A stretch of DNA of 64,000 bases, from the NCBI RefSeq assembly GCF_006345805.1, contig NC_042997.1, forward strand, positions 45,508,001 through 45,572,000. Reading direction: 5' to 3'. The notes beneath the pieces are model-generated. The model saw only the letters and a program-made list of their open reading frames with translations, searched no databases and was not told the origin of the DNA. The DNA comes from Octopus sinensis. Lineage: Eukaryota. Shown piece after piece: positions 11,905 to 23,432 of this stretch (positions are counted from its first letter, which is position 1; each line of letters opens with the position of its first letter). Both the position numbers and the translations under genes were made by a program.

Positions 11905-12350
11905 TAATGGTTTCAAGTTTTGGTACAAGGCCAGCAATTTCAAGGAAGGGAGTAAATCAATTACATAGACCTCAATGCTTGGCTGGCACTTATTTTATCA
12001 ACCCTGAAAGGATGAAAGGTAATGCTGACCTCAACAGAATTTGAACTTTGAATGTAAAAACAGACAAAATTCTGCTAAGCATTTTGTCCAGCTTGCTAAC
12101 AATTCTGCCAGCTCTCTGTCTTACTTTCAATTATAATGATAATCCTTTCTACTATAGGCACAAGGCCTGAAATTTGGGGGAGGCAGATAATCGATTACAT
12201 TAACCCCAGTGCATAACCGGTACTTAGTTTATCGACCCTGAAAGGATAAAAGACAAAGTCGATCTTGGCAGGATTTGAACTCAGAACGTTGCAGCAGACA
12301 AAATAAGCTTTACATTCAGCGTACTTACGATTCTGCCAACTTACTGCCTT
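11905..12350 (-). mobile_element. Two tandem family A SINEs (11905-12120, 12140-12350)
   Basis: Family A motifs with (AAT)n flanks. Confidence 0.85.
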
Positions 12351-12366
12351 AATAATAATAATAATA

Positions 12367-12402
<36 letters not shown>

Positions 12403-12520
12403 TGATGATGATAATAATAATAATAATGTCCTTCCAATATTAGAAATGAAACCTGAATAGAAAAGTGCAAACATATTTTCTCCAAGAATCCTAAGAAATA
12501 TTCTTGAAATTTGAGGATAC

Positions 12521-12578
12521 ATGTTGTCACTAAACCTCATAGCAACATTCTTGCAACCTAATACGGCATGTAAAAGTG
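12521..12578 (-). CDS. Candidate upstream exon xLLHAVLGCKNVAMRFSDNx (phase 1-2)
   Basis: catttttaatag acceptor; donor GTATCCTC; phase fits exon 9854-9947. An alternative frame is also open. Confidence 0.3.
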
Positions 12579-13428
12579 CTATTAAAAATGATAAATAATA
12601 CAAAATAATATATAAAAACAATATATTTGATACTTCTTTCTTTCTCCATTGAAAGAACTGAATAACAAAGGTGAGTGTGGTGTATAGTCTGGAACAAAAG
12701 ACCGAAAGTTATGTGAAGTAGTAGAAAGAACAAAACGAAGTTTGTTATATCAAAAACACTGCTTTCAAGCATGCTTGGTATACCAAGAGCCAGTAAAATA
12801 GATTGTAAATTGTTTCACAGAAACATTATTGTTGCTTGTTGTCCTGTATTTATGTTATCTAATTATTATAATGTATATATTAAGCAGAAAGTTAATAAGT
12901 GTTAATAGTTAATGCTTTCCCTAACCTTAAAGGTCTGTGTGACTAATAACTACCTTCTGTAGCATTATGCCAATGAAATAGAGATAAATTTGTCCTCAAA
13001 GCACTAGTCTTTCATGCAGAAGTTTCTCAGATGTTCTGGTATGTATTCCTGACATCTGGGGACTGAGGTATATGGACTGAATTGTCCTGGCTGAAGACAC
13101 ATCAAAACGTTTACTATAGATTTGTATTCATAAGCTGTGAGCTTATAGCTCAGTGTTTTATCTAATCATCAAGTTGAATATAATTTTTGGTTATGTGAAT
13201 TTTTCATGTGTATATGGGGATCTATAACTGATAGATATTTGCTTTCAAAAACTGTTTCTCTTGAGTGTCTGGGAATGGATAGAATATTAATTCATAGTCT
13301 AAGTAAATGGAGGTGTGCATATGACATAGTACTATTGTGTCTTTTTATACAATAGCTCCTCGTTGACCTATATCTTGTGACTAGAATTCAGTATGTAAAA
13401 ACTATGAGGAAGCTTATTATATATATCT

Positions 13429-13468
<40 letters not shown>

Positions 13469-14204
13469 TGCGTGCATATGTATGTGTGTGTGTGTGTGAA
13501 TGTGCATGTGTGCTGGTGTGTGTTTGAGCATATCTTTCATCAAAATGTATTAACAATGCCAAAGCATATCAACAATGTTAGAAACATCAATTAGAAACTG
13601 AAATGTTGGTGCTTTACAAAGTTTCCTGTAATATTTGCTTAACACTGAGTAACAAGCACTCCATCAGAAATGGAGAGAACCAGTGATAGTTTCGTAGGAA
13701 ACCTATATCCTATTTATTAACTGATTTAAAATAAAAATAATAATAATAAAAGGGTGCAGCTTGCAGAATCAATAGGATGCTGGAACAGCAAGAATATAGG
13801 TCAGCAGTTTGCACCCAGTAACCTGCATGACATTGTGTGTCCAGGCAAAAAATATTTTTAAATCTAATTATTTTTGACATAGATAAAAAAGCCAGAAATT
13901 TTGGGGAAGGTCTTAGTTGATTAAATCAATCTCAGTACATGACTGTACTTTATTTTATGAACCCTAGAAGAATAACAGGCAAAGTTGACTTTGGCATGAT
14001 TTGAAATCAGAACATAAAGAACCAGAAGAAACAACACAATGTATTTTGTCCACTACTCTAACGATTCTGCCAATCTAAGAGTTTTGTTAGCATAATTCAA
14101 CAATTCCCATGAATATATATTTAAGTGGAGGGAAGGGCTAACTGTAAGCAAAATTGCTTAATCAATTAACATTACACCATTAATGAAAAAAAAAATCATT
14201 AGTA

Positions 14205-14605
14205 GAAGTGGCCGTGTGGTAAGTAGCTTGCTTACGAACCACATGGTTCCGGGTTCAGTCCCACTGTGTGGCACCTTGGGCAAGTGTCTTCTACTATAGC
14301 CTCGGGCCAACCAAAGCCTTGTGAGTGGATTTGGTAGACGGAAACTGAAAGAAGCCCGTCGTATATATACATATATATATGTGCGTGTGTGTTTGTGTAT
14401 CTGTGTTTGTCCCCCTAGCATTGCTTGACAACCGATGCTGCTGTGTTTATGTCCCCGTCACTTAGCGGTTCGGCAAAAAGAGACCGATAGAATAAGTACT
14501 GGGCTTACAAAAAGAATAAGTCCCGGGGTCGAGTTGCTCGACTAAAGGCAGTGCTCCAGCATGGCCGCAGTCAAATGACTGAAACAAGTAAAAGAGTAAA
14601 AGAGT
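14205..14605 (+). mobile_element. Family B SINE with a perfect 26-bp TSD
   Basis: ATTAATGAAAAAAAAAATCATTAGTA at 14179-14204 and 14606-14631. Confidence 0.95.
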
Positions 14606-14809
14606 ATTAATGAAAAAAAAAATCATTAGTACAAATAATAATAATTATTAAAAGTAGGGGAAGCAACTCTAAAATTCTGACTGATTGAACATTGAATGGT
14701 GGGTAATAACCTGGAGTAGGTTGTGCTAAGCTAAGCTAAATTACACTGGATACACAAAAAGAAGACTTCATAAAGTCTTAAGTGATTTTCCTGCAGTTCA
14801 ATGGTTTAC

Positions 14810-14915
14810 GAGTCACAACACCACCACAACCATGACAGTTTGTGGTGGATGGCTTTAAGAAATATGTTGAACAAGTATGTTGTGGCTTGATATTATCACA
14901 TGTAATGTGTTGAGG
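14810..14915 (-). CDS. Candidate exon PQHITCDNIKPQHTCSTYFLKPSTTNCHGCGGVVT (phase 0-1)
   Basis: caacaatag / CTC|gtaaac; open, Cys-rich, phase-compatible with 12521-12578; splice sites only moderate. Confidence 0.25.
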
Positions 14916-16037
14916 CTATTGTTGAAGTAGTTTGGAATCAGATAAAGTCTATCTAAATGAGTTTGAATTATTAGAGGAAATAAACAAAAGATACGAGCAA
15001 GATGAGAGAAGGTCTTCTGTAACTATGAAATACATGTCATAATATATAAATGGACATTAGATTATAGCAGGCAATAAAGATAACGATTTAGCTCCGAAGG
15101 CTTCTCACTTGAAATTAGAATGTTATTCATTAAACATTTCTCTCTCTTTAACACCTCCTTAAATTCAAGTTTCTAAGACAGAAGAAATGAGATACATCAT
15201 TATTGTAGTACCTTTGTTTTTATGTCCATTTTTCCATGCCAGCATGGGTTAGACAAAGACATATTGTTGAAGCATTATGTTACAGCTGGATAGCCTTCCT
15301 GTTGCTAACCATTATCTACTTTCCAAACAAGCATGGGAGGGAGGTTTTCATTTTGCGCATTTTCTGAAATGCAGAGCTACGAGACTATTTGTTGACTGGG
15401 AAATTACAATGGAAAACTCTGACCTTAGCTCAGTCTCAGACATATACAATTGTGTTGCATATGCAGACGCACACATACACATGATGAGTTTTGAACAGTT
15501 TTCCTCAACCAAATTCTCTCAAAAGGTATAGGTCAGTCAAGGGCCTGAACCCAGAGCCTTATGGTTGGGAACTGACCTTCTTGACCACATAGCCAGGTAT
15601 GTAGTTAACAATGGTTCCTTGTCTGCCTTTCTTCAAAATGAATAAGTTAAACTAAAATATCTTGATCAAAAATAGTTTCATAATGCATAAATACATTAAA
15701 AGAATCATCTTGTACATCCATTCTTCCATGCTCACATAAGCTGGATGAGTTTCTACATCTTGCCACTTGTTCCAGTCAATTGTCAATCTTTACAAGGTCC
15801 ATTCCTCTTAAAATTATCCCTCACCAATTCTTCCAATGTCTTTCTCAGTATTTTTCAACTGAGGATTTTTTTTTCCTTTTTACACCTAAATTACTTGGTA
15901 CTGTCAACCATACATATCATGTGCTTCTACCAGAGCAGTTTTCTCTCTAGAACACTACATTTGATTCCATTTATACATACATTTTTGTTTCAGCTCATTT
16001 GTTTTCAACTATTCATGCTTGTTTTCCATCATCCAGC

Positions 16038-16252
16038 AAGGCAGAGAGCTGGTAGAAATGTTAGCATACCAGGAAAAATGCTTAGCAGTATTTCATCTTT
16101 CTTTATGTTCTGAGTTCAAATTCTGCCGAGGTCGACTTTGCCTACCATCCTTTCGAGGTTGATAAATTAAGTACCAGTTGCATACTGGGGTTGATCTAAT
16201 TGACTGCCCCCTCCCCAAAAATTTCGGGCCTTGTGCCTAGAGTAGAAAAGAA
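16038..16252 (+). mobile_element. Family A SINE, tail A1
   Basis: Full head-to-tail match ending GGGCCTTGTGCCTAGAGTAGAAAAG. Confidence 0.9.
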
Positions 16253-16564
16253 CACTACATATCCAGCAGAGCAGGCTTGCTACATTTTTTACCCCCAGTC
16301 ATTGCCCAGCCGCTGCCTTCAATACCTACGTTTCTTTTCCAAGCAACAGCACACCTTGTACATGCATCACACAAACTGCTTGCCACTCAAATAGATATTC
16401 TTTTGTCAGTAGCAATACTTGAAATTCCTGTTTCCCTTTCTTGACCAGTCTACTATGCTGCATGAACACCAATCTCCACTTCTAATTAGGTCACAGAACC
16501 TATCAATTACTTCTAAGGAACCTTCAGAACATTTAAAACAATTCATTTCAAATAGTATCTTGGT

Positions 16565-16892
16565 TAAGTGCCATCTACTCAAAACTTTGAGAGTGGATTT
16601 GGTAGATGGAAACTGAAAGAAGCCTTGTGTGAGTATGTATGTGAGTGTTTATTTACAAGCACCTTGTCTTGCCATTGCATGATTGTTGTAAATAAGTGTC
16701 ACTATCATACAAATAGAGTCCTTTGTTACCAATCTTCCATGAAAACAAGTCCAGTCATGTAGATGTATTACCTTGTTTGGAAACAAGTGAGGGCTGATAA
16801 AAGAAAGGGCATCTGGCTATAGAAAATCTCCGTTAATGAATTCTATCTAACCCACACAAGTTGGAAAAGTGGATGTTGAAACAATAATGATG
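16565..16892 (+). mobile_element. Old chimeric SINE: family B middle plus RTE-type tail
   Basis: GAGTGGATTTGGTAGATGGAAACTGAAAGAAGCC followed by AAGGGCATCTGGCT...GGAAAAGTGGATGTTGAAACAATAATGATG. Confidence 0.65.
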
Positions 16893-16894
16893 TA

Positions 16895-17245
16895 CTCTTA
16901 CACTCCTAACTACTCCTGTGCAACTGCCACAGACAAAAGCTTCCTTCTTTGTTAGCATGTCTGTGACTCCATTAAACATCTTATGCATCCCTAATTTTGA
17001 TTGGCTACACCACACAAAATTCCAACTTGCATCCAGTATAGCTACTCTCCAGCAGAATCTTCTCTTCCTTCCAGAAAACTAAAACTTTTGCCTCTGCCAG
17101 ATTTACTTGGAAGCTTCCTAGTTCCAGGTTTTTGAAATTTCTCTTCTGTGACAGATTCAGCTTTGAGAACTAGGTTATTGGCACAGAGTTTGCATTGACA
17201 GCTGGACTTAAATGTTTCTGTTATTGCCCAGAGAACCAAAATAAT
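16895..17245 (-). pseudogene. RTE-clade LINE fragment: decayed YADD region and Cys-rich segment
   Basis: IILVLWAITETFKSSCQCKLCANNLVLKAES resembles ITEEFxxGCPWELLYADDLxLIAES; CSQSKLGMHK...FVCGSC downstream. Confidence 0.8.
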
Positions 17246-17606
17246 CAAAAGGTGGCTGAGAATCTAGTCCTGATGGGCACCTACCAGCAAACAAAATCCT
17301 TTATTGAATTCATTGCTAAACTTTCATCTACCTGACAGCCTCTCTATACATAACTTGCGCAGCTTTCACAACTGTCGATATCCTCCTAGTTTTTTTTTAA
17401 TGAGTATCAAACTACTGAGAATGGTACCCCACTAAGAATCTTCTCAGGGTCAATGGATGCTGAGTATAATGCCTTAATTTTAGTGGAAAACTTCTGCGGT
17501 TGTCTTACTAAGAAGAAAGCATTGGTAGTCTCCAGTACTGGTAAAAACCTCAACTTAATCACTTTTAAGCTAAATTTCTTCCTAATCATTTGAACTATAA
17601 TTCTTT

Positions 17607-18424
17607 GTCCATTCATCCCTCTTCTCTGCCCACTATTCCTTGGAAGGTGGTGGGGGAGGGAGGATAAAATCCTCATGTATATCCTCTACAGTGTCCTATC
17701 AGATTTCCCAATCAGATCTAATAGTGTCCTATTAGATTTCCCAGCTGTCACCAATTGAGACTATGGATATTATCCAACCACGTCATTCGCAGTCTACTGC
17801 TAAGTCCCCTGCTAGTTGTCTTGGCTTGATGAATCTGTGTTGAAATTCTTTTCTGTGACATTCTAATCATATGGCTATAGTAACAGAGCTGGGACATCTC
17901 AATGTAGAGAAGTAGAAGCTTAGTCTGGAGAGAATCCCAGGTCTCAGAGCTATGCACCCTCATGAATAACATTACTCCAGAGACCCTTTGGAGAAACCCC
18001 ATTTCAGCTGCTTATAGTTGTGATCGTACTGTTTCAGTCATTGCCAACATTTATGACCATAGCTGAGGATAAGCACATAAACTGAATTTGGAGATGATAT
18101 GGTCTACTTGACTCATCTCCAGTATGCACTGAATGGGTTTGCTGCCAAGTGCCATGACTGAGACTTTGGTCTTCTCAAGAAACTTATCCCAGTGCACTCT
18201 ACATGTCAGTTGTACATCATTGAGTAAAATGGAGAAGTTTAAGTACCCCGAGGACATATCCACAAGTGACAGAAGGCAGGAGGCTGAATTAAATACAAGA
18301 ATTGCAGATGCTGGTACAGTATTGAGCCATCTTCAGCATTTAATTCAAAGAAGACATGAGGTTGGTAAAAAAGCCAAACTTGCTATCTTCAATGCAGTTT
18401 CCTTGCTTATCCTTACTTATGGTC
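17607..18424. mobile_element. 5'-truncated RTE LINE with inverted 5' segment (minus 17607-18086, plus 18087-18424)
   Basis: Plus: FGDDMVYL...EKFKY...ILTYGH. Minus: SVYVLILSYGH...AAEMGFLQRVSG...WLDNIH and tail. Direct repeat ATAATTCTTT at 17597-17606 and 18425-18434. Confidence 0.88.
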
Positions 18425-18607
18425 ATAATTCTTTATTTTCAAAATTTGGTCCATCAATTATATGCATCAGAAGTCACTTTTTTTTCTAAGGTTTTTCCTT
18501 AAATAAACATGCATACACACACACACATGTGAACACACAGGTGCAAAACAAGATAGAAAAAAATTGTACTAAAATTGCAAAGGCAGAGTAAAATGTAGTG
18601 TTTTATT

Positions 18608-18718
18608 GCAGCTGAAAAACTTTACAAACTGTCACTGACAGTTACGTAGATTCATAAAACCAATCACCAATTGCTTGTGTGAAACTCTGAGTAACAGCTT
18701 CTGAATTTTTCAGCTTCA
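18608..18718. repeat. Degenerate palindromic element, related to 26262-26375
   Basis: Arms AGCTGAAAAA...CTGT(C/T)ACT..AG; GTGAAACTCTGAGTAACAG shared with the 26.3-kb copy. Confidence 0.6.
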
Positions 18719-21556
18719 CTAAAACACCACATGCACATAAATGTGATGTTAACCGTTAGAATTTTGTAAACAATATCTTAGTCTAAATTATTTTCCCTCA
18801 AAGCAACTCATCCTTTTTCACTTATGTTTTCCTAAAAAGCAGATGTGCTTGGCATAAGAATAGTTTGGTTTAGTTGAGTAGCAGACATGAGTATTTCAGG
18901 TGACTAGGAACTTGAAAGGGTCAAGTTTGACAAGTCAAGGTAGAATGACTCATTCTACAAACAAAACATACACACAAATATGTCAGACGCTTAAGAAATC
19001 TAAAATAGCAAGGTGATTGTGATTTAATCCAGTACCTGGAATAGGATTAAATACAGGTAAAGGCTACTTACACTGATTATTATAATCTATGCCAGCAAAT
19101 GTGTGTGCATGTGCAAGAGAGTACATGTGTGTGTGTGTGTATTACTATTCAAATGTTAATGAAATATAAAACAAATTCTATTGAATGCAAAAAGAAAAAA
19201 GAAGCATAACTGGATTTCTTTTTATAGAGGGATTATTACTTATTGGAGATACTGTGATAGAAAAAGAAAATAGTATCCAATTTCTATTTGAAATTAAAGG
19301 GTAAAAGAGAAAAAAAAATAATAAATATAAAACCAAACAAGAATTAAATAAATCAATCAGAGGGAATTCAATAATCAGTTTTAATGGGAATAACTCAAAA
19401 GGAATATTAGAAGATGCCAAATGAAATTAAAGGCTGGAGTCGTTTGAAAGAGAAAACAGAAATAATACGAGCATGCAAGGCGGAAAACATGATGAGAATT
19501 TGCTGGGGAAAAATATGGATGGCTCCAATGATAACTGGAGCAGTAGCATGCATTGGTAAAACTGAACCAAGATAGAGCTGAATAATTAATCTTGGTGATT
19601 TATGTTTTTAAAATAGCGTTGACTTTAATGAGTCCAGACTGACAGAGATAGTTTAGTTAAGTCAAAGAATGAAATAGGTGGGTGGTGGTGGTATTTATTG
19701 TACACGATGCTAAAAAAGAAAATCAAACAGTTATGCAATCCAGACTCAGATACACTTGTTTCGAAAATAGCATAGCACAGTGAAGTTAGTGATTGTTAAA
19801 ATGGCAAAAGTGATGGAAACTATAGTGGTGGTGGTGGTGGTGGTGGTGGTGACAAGGTGATATTATGGTGATAATGATAGCGGCAGAATGGCTAAAAGAG
19901 TATATTCATACATATTTGTCGGAGCAGCTAAAGTGGCAAGCAAAAATCACTCAAGAAATACCTGCCATCTTTAAAAATAATAAGACAATTTTATGTTCTT
20001 AGGCAGGATGCCCAATATAATGATGAAATGACCATAGATATAAAGCCTTTGAAACAATAAAGTTTGACCCCTTTGCTATTTATTAAGATGTTAGCTGGTC
20101 AGTAATTGAAAACTACACAATGATGACAATTATTGATGAAAACTGATAAATGGTGGTGTTGAAGATAATGATAGTACAGGGTGAATATGGTAAGGTTCTT
20201 CACGGCTATAATGAATAATGACAATGCTGGCAATATAGGTGATATCTATAATGTTGGCTTTGATAATGTTAACCACTGATCATTCTTAAAGATGCTAACA
20301 TAATGACTGGCAGCAATTCTAAGCAGCAGCCATCAACTCTGCCCTGCCACAGTGTATTTACAGTCTGAGAGACTTCATTGGCTAAAAGTTATTTCTTCAT
20401 CGTTGGGTTAGAACTAAAATTTGAGGAAGATATTCTTCTCTATATACATCTCTCTTTAGGTAACACATCAATCTATTTCTTTTTGTATCTCCACCCCCAT
20501 CTCCCCCTCTCCCTCTCTCTTGCTGCCTATTTCATATTCTAATTTAACATATTTCTCTCAATTTTCTTGCCATTCTACATCAATATATCATTTCTCCCTC
20601 TATTCCTTTATCATTTTTCTCTCATTATCTCTCATTAATTATTTCCTTTATATTCTATATCAATATTCCACACTCTCTGGCCCTTTCTTTCCCCACTCAT
20701 TCTTGCCCCTGCTAGTTTTCTTTTTTAATTAAATATTGAAATTAGCTCCATTGCTTTTAACCGAGCTACTAACATTTTGTATGTGTGCACACACATACAT
20801 GTATGCGTGAGACCAAATGTTCTCATATGCTTTTGTTTTATTTTTCAAAACACACACACACACACCTGCATGTTCATAATATCAACACAACTCAACATGT
20901 GCATTTGCATGCACAAATACACACATTCATGTGTTGCAAAACTCAGACTTTAATTACAAAATATTTTGAAGTAAGCCATGCTATAAGGTAAAAATTGAAC
21001 ACAGTAGAAATTAAGCTTGTTTATAGTTGAATCAAGCAACCGATTAATAAGCTAATGACATAAATTAATTATGTTGCCAATTTACTTAGTTATCTTCCCA
21101 CTGGAAACCCAGCAGAGCATATGAACAACAGTTTACAACGCAACACTACAAACAAATAAAGATAGCAAAAGAAAGAAAATTTCTGAAAGTGTATATATGA
21201 TTAGAGGGTAATCTTGATACTGGTAGGGGTTGTTTTGTTGTTATAGCCCCAAACAAAGCTATATTGTATTCAGTATTATATTTTTTTAGACACACAGCTC
21301 TCAGTTCTTTAAAGAGGCAGGATTTGATCTGAAGGTGGTTTAACTGCAACACAATTTGATACTGTAAGATATTCTTGTTGCAGTTGGCAGTGGTGGTTCT
21401 AGTGGATTGTGTCTAAATCAGGTCTGATAAAGCAGGCTTGTCAGTCTTGGTAAAGAACAGAAAGGTTGCTAGAAATGGAATGATCAGTGGTTTGACAAAA
21501 GTAGCAGACAAACAGTGACAGGGATAGAGAAGATATGTATATATATATATATATTT

Positions 21557-21775
21557 AAGTAGGTGAATGAATTATCCTATGTTTATCGTCAGCTTGGAAA
21601 ATTCGTTTAACCAAAACCTGGGTAGCAAATTCACGTCAGAAACACAGTTGAAGCGACCTGTCAAGGGTAGAAACTCCGGGTTCATGTGCAGAAATTTGTG
21701 TGTTGTATATGAATAAATGAAAGAATGGAGTCGAGAGTAAAGAAATTTTGTTAACATCTTCATTCAACTCCATTC

Positions 21776-21780
<5 letters not shown>
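21557..21780. mobile_element. Unclassified element between two (TA)n runs with a 17-bp terminal hairpin (family I)
   Basis: Homologous to 42026-42159; arms TGAAAGAATGGAGTCGA (21718-21734) and TCAACTCCATTCTTTCA (21764-21780). Confidence 0.7.
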
Positions 21781-21810
<30 letters not shown>

Positions 21811-23030
21811 TAAACAGATGAGAACTGTAGGATAGATGTACATACAAGTGTAGAACAGCTATGAAAATATACAACTTTCTTAACCAAGATATGTTTACAC
21901 AGTTAATAGTTGTTCTTTCTTCATCCTTTCCACCACATTTTTTTTACTTGAGTTTGATTTGTTTATGAACAGATGTATCTTCAATATTTTACCTTTAAAG
22001 TCAGCATCACATTAATGTAAATGATCACACACACACACCCTCTCTCTCTCTCTCTCTTCCATTTATAATAGTTGTTTTTAGAAAGGGCATCCAGCTATGA
22101 AGCCAAACAAAAGCATTCTCCCCAATTACACATTTTTCATCACACAAGTTGACAGCTTTTTATTGTTACCATGGAAATAGATATGTGATGGTGGAGACCT
22201 TTTTAAATATGAAAGGAAAAAAAAAACAATGAATAAATAAAATAAACTAAAGGGTTGTTAATAATGCCTTCCAACACAGGCACTAGACCTTCCATTTTGG
22301 GGACAGAAGCAAGTAATCAGTGACCCCAGTACTTGACCCTTAAAGAGAAAAGGGCAAAGTTAATGTTAGATAGTTGAACTCAGGACATAAAGGGATGTAA
22401 CTATATACAGCAGGCAATTTATGTGACTACCATTTTGACATCCATTGCCTTTTCAAATGATATTAATAAACAATTTTAACATAGGTATAAAGACCACATA
22501 TTTGGGGGGGGGGGGTTACAGTAAATCATATCAATGCAAGCACTAAACTGGTATTTAATTTATCAACTCTGACCAAGAAGAGTGAAAGGCAAAGTCAACA
22601 TAGGGGAGTTTAACTTCAGAAAATAAAGAGATAACTAACTACCACAAGGTACTTTGTCTAACACACTAGTAACTCTACAATCCACTGCCCTTTGAAATGA
22701 TATTAATGAGGGTGTTATGATGATTAAGACATCAAAACATCCAGACTTTATTATCAGCATTTGCTGGACTAACCTTATTACAGCCATCATTATAATCATT
22801 GGCTGGAATTAACCTTATTACAGCCACTATAGTTAATATGATGCATGATTCAATTTGAATGACTCACAACAAGTTGCACTGCTACTGCAGACGGTGAAAG
22901 ACAAGCAAATAGGGTAAAACAATGAGTTGTAACAAAAGCAGGTGCTCAAAGACTGCCAAAGACATGTAAAATATAGATGTAAACCAGCAACTGATGATAG
23001 TAATCAGGGCAATGACAATGATGACTATTA

Positions 23031-23247
23031 TTCTTTTACTTGTTTCAGGCATTTGACTGCGGCCATGCTGGAACACTACTTTAAAGGGGGTTAGTTGAAG
23101 AAATCAACCCCAGGACTCATTCTTTGTAAGTCTTGTACTTATTCTATCGATCTCTTTTGTGGAACTGTTAAGTTAGGGGCACATAAACACAACAGCATCG
23201 GTTGTCAAGCGATGGTCGGGGACAAACACAGATATGCAAACACACAC

Positions 23248-23300
<53 letters not shown>

Positions 23301-23432
23301 ATGACGGGCTTCTTCTAGTTCCTGTCCACTAAATCCTCTCACAAGGCTATAGTAGAAGACATTTGCCCAAAGTGCCACACAGTGGAACTGAACCCAGGAC
23401 CATGTGGTTGGGAAGCAAGTTTCTTATCACAC
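23031..23432 (-). mobile_element. Family B SINE
   Basis: Reverse complement of the family B consensus with expanded internal (TA)n. Confidence 0.9.

Noticed and set aside
12656-12670. Plus-strand 15-nt microexon ending AAG|gtgagt
   Set aside because: Weak AAG acceptor, overlaps minus-strand candidates, no supporting plus-strand exons.
18646-18718. Apparent exon KLKNSEAVTQSFTQAIGDWFYES (Notum-like)
   Set aside because: Lies within the palindromic repeat that is also present at 26.3 kb.
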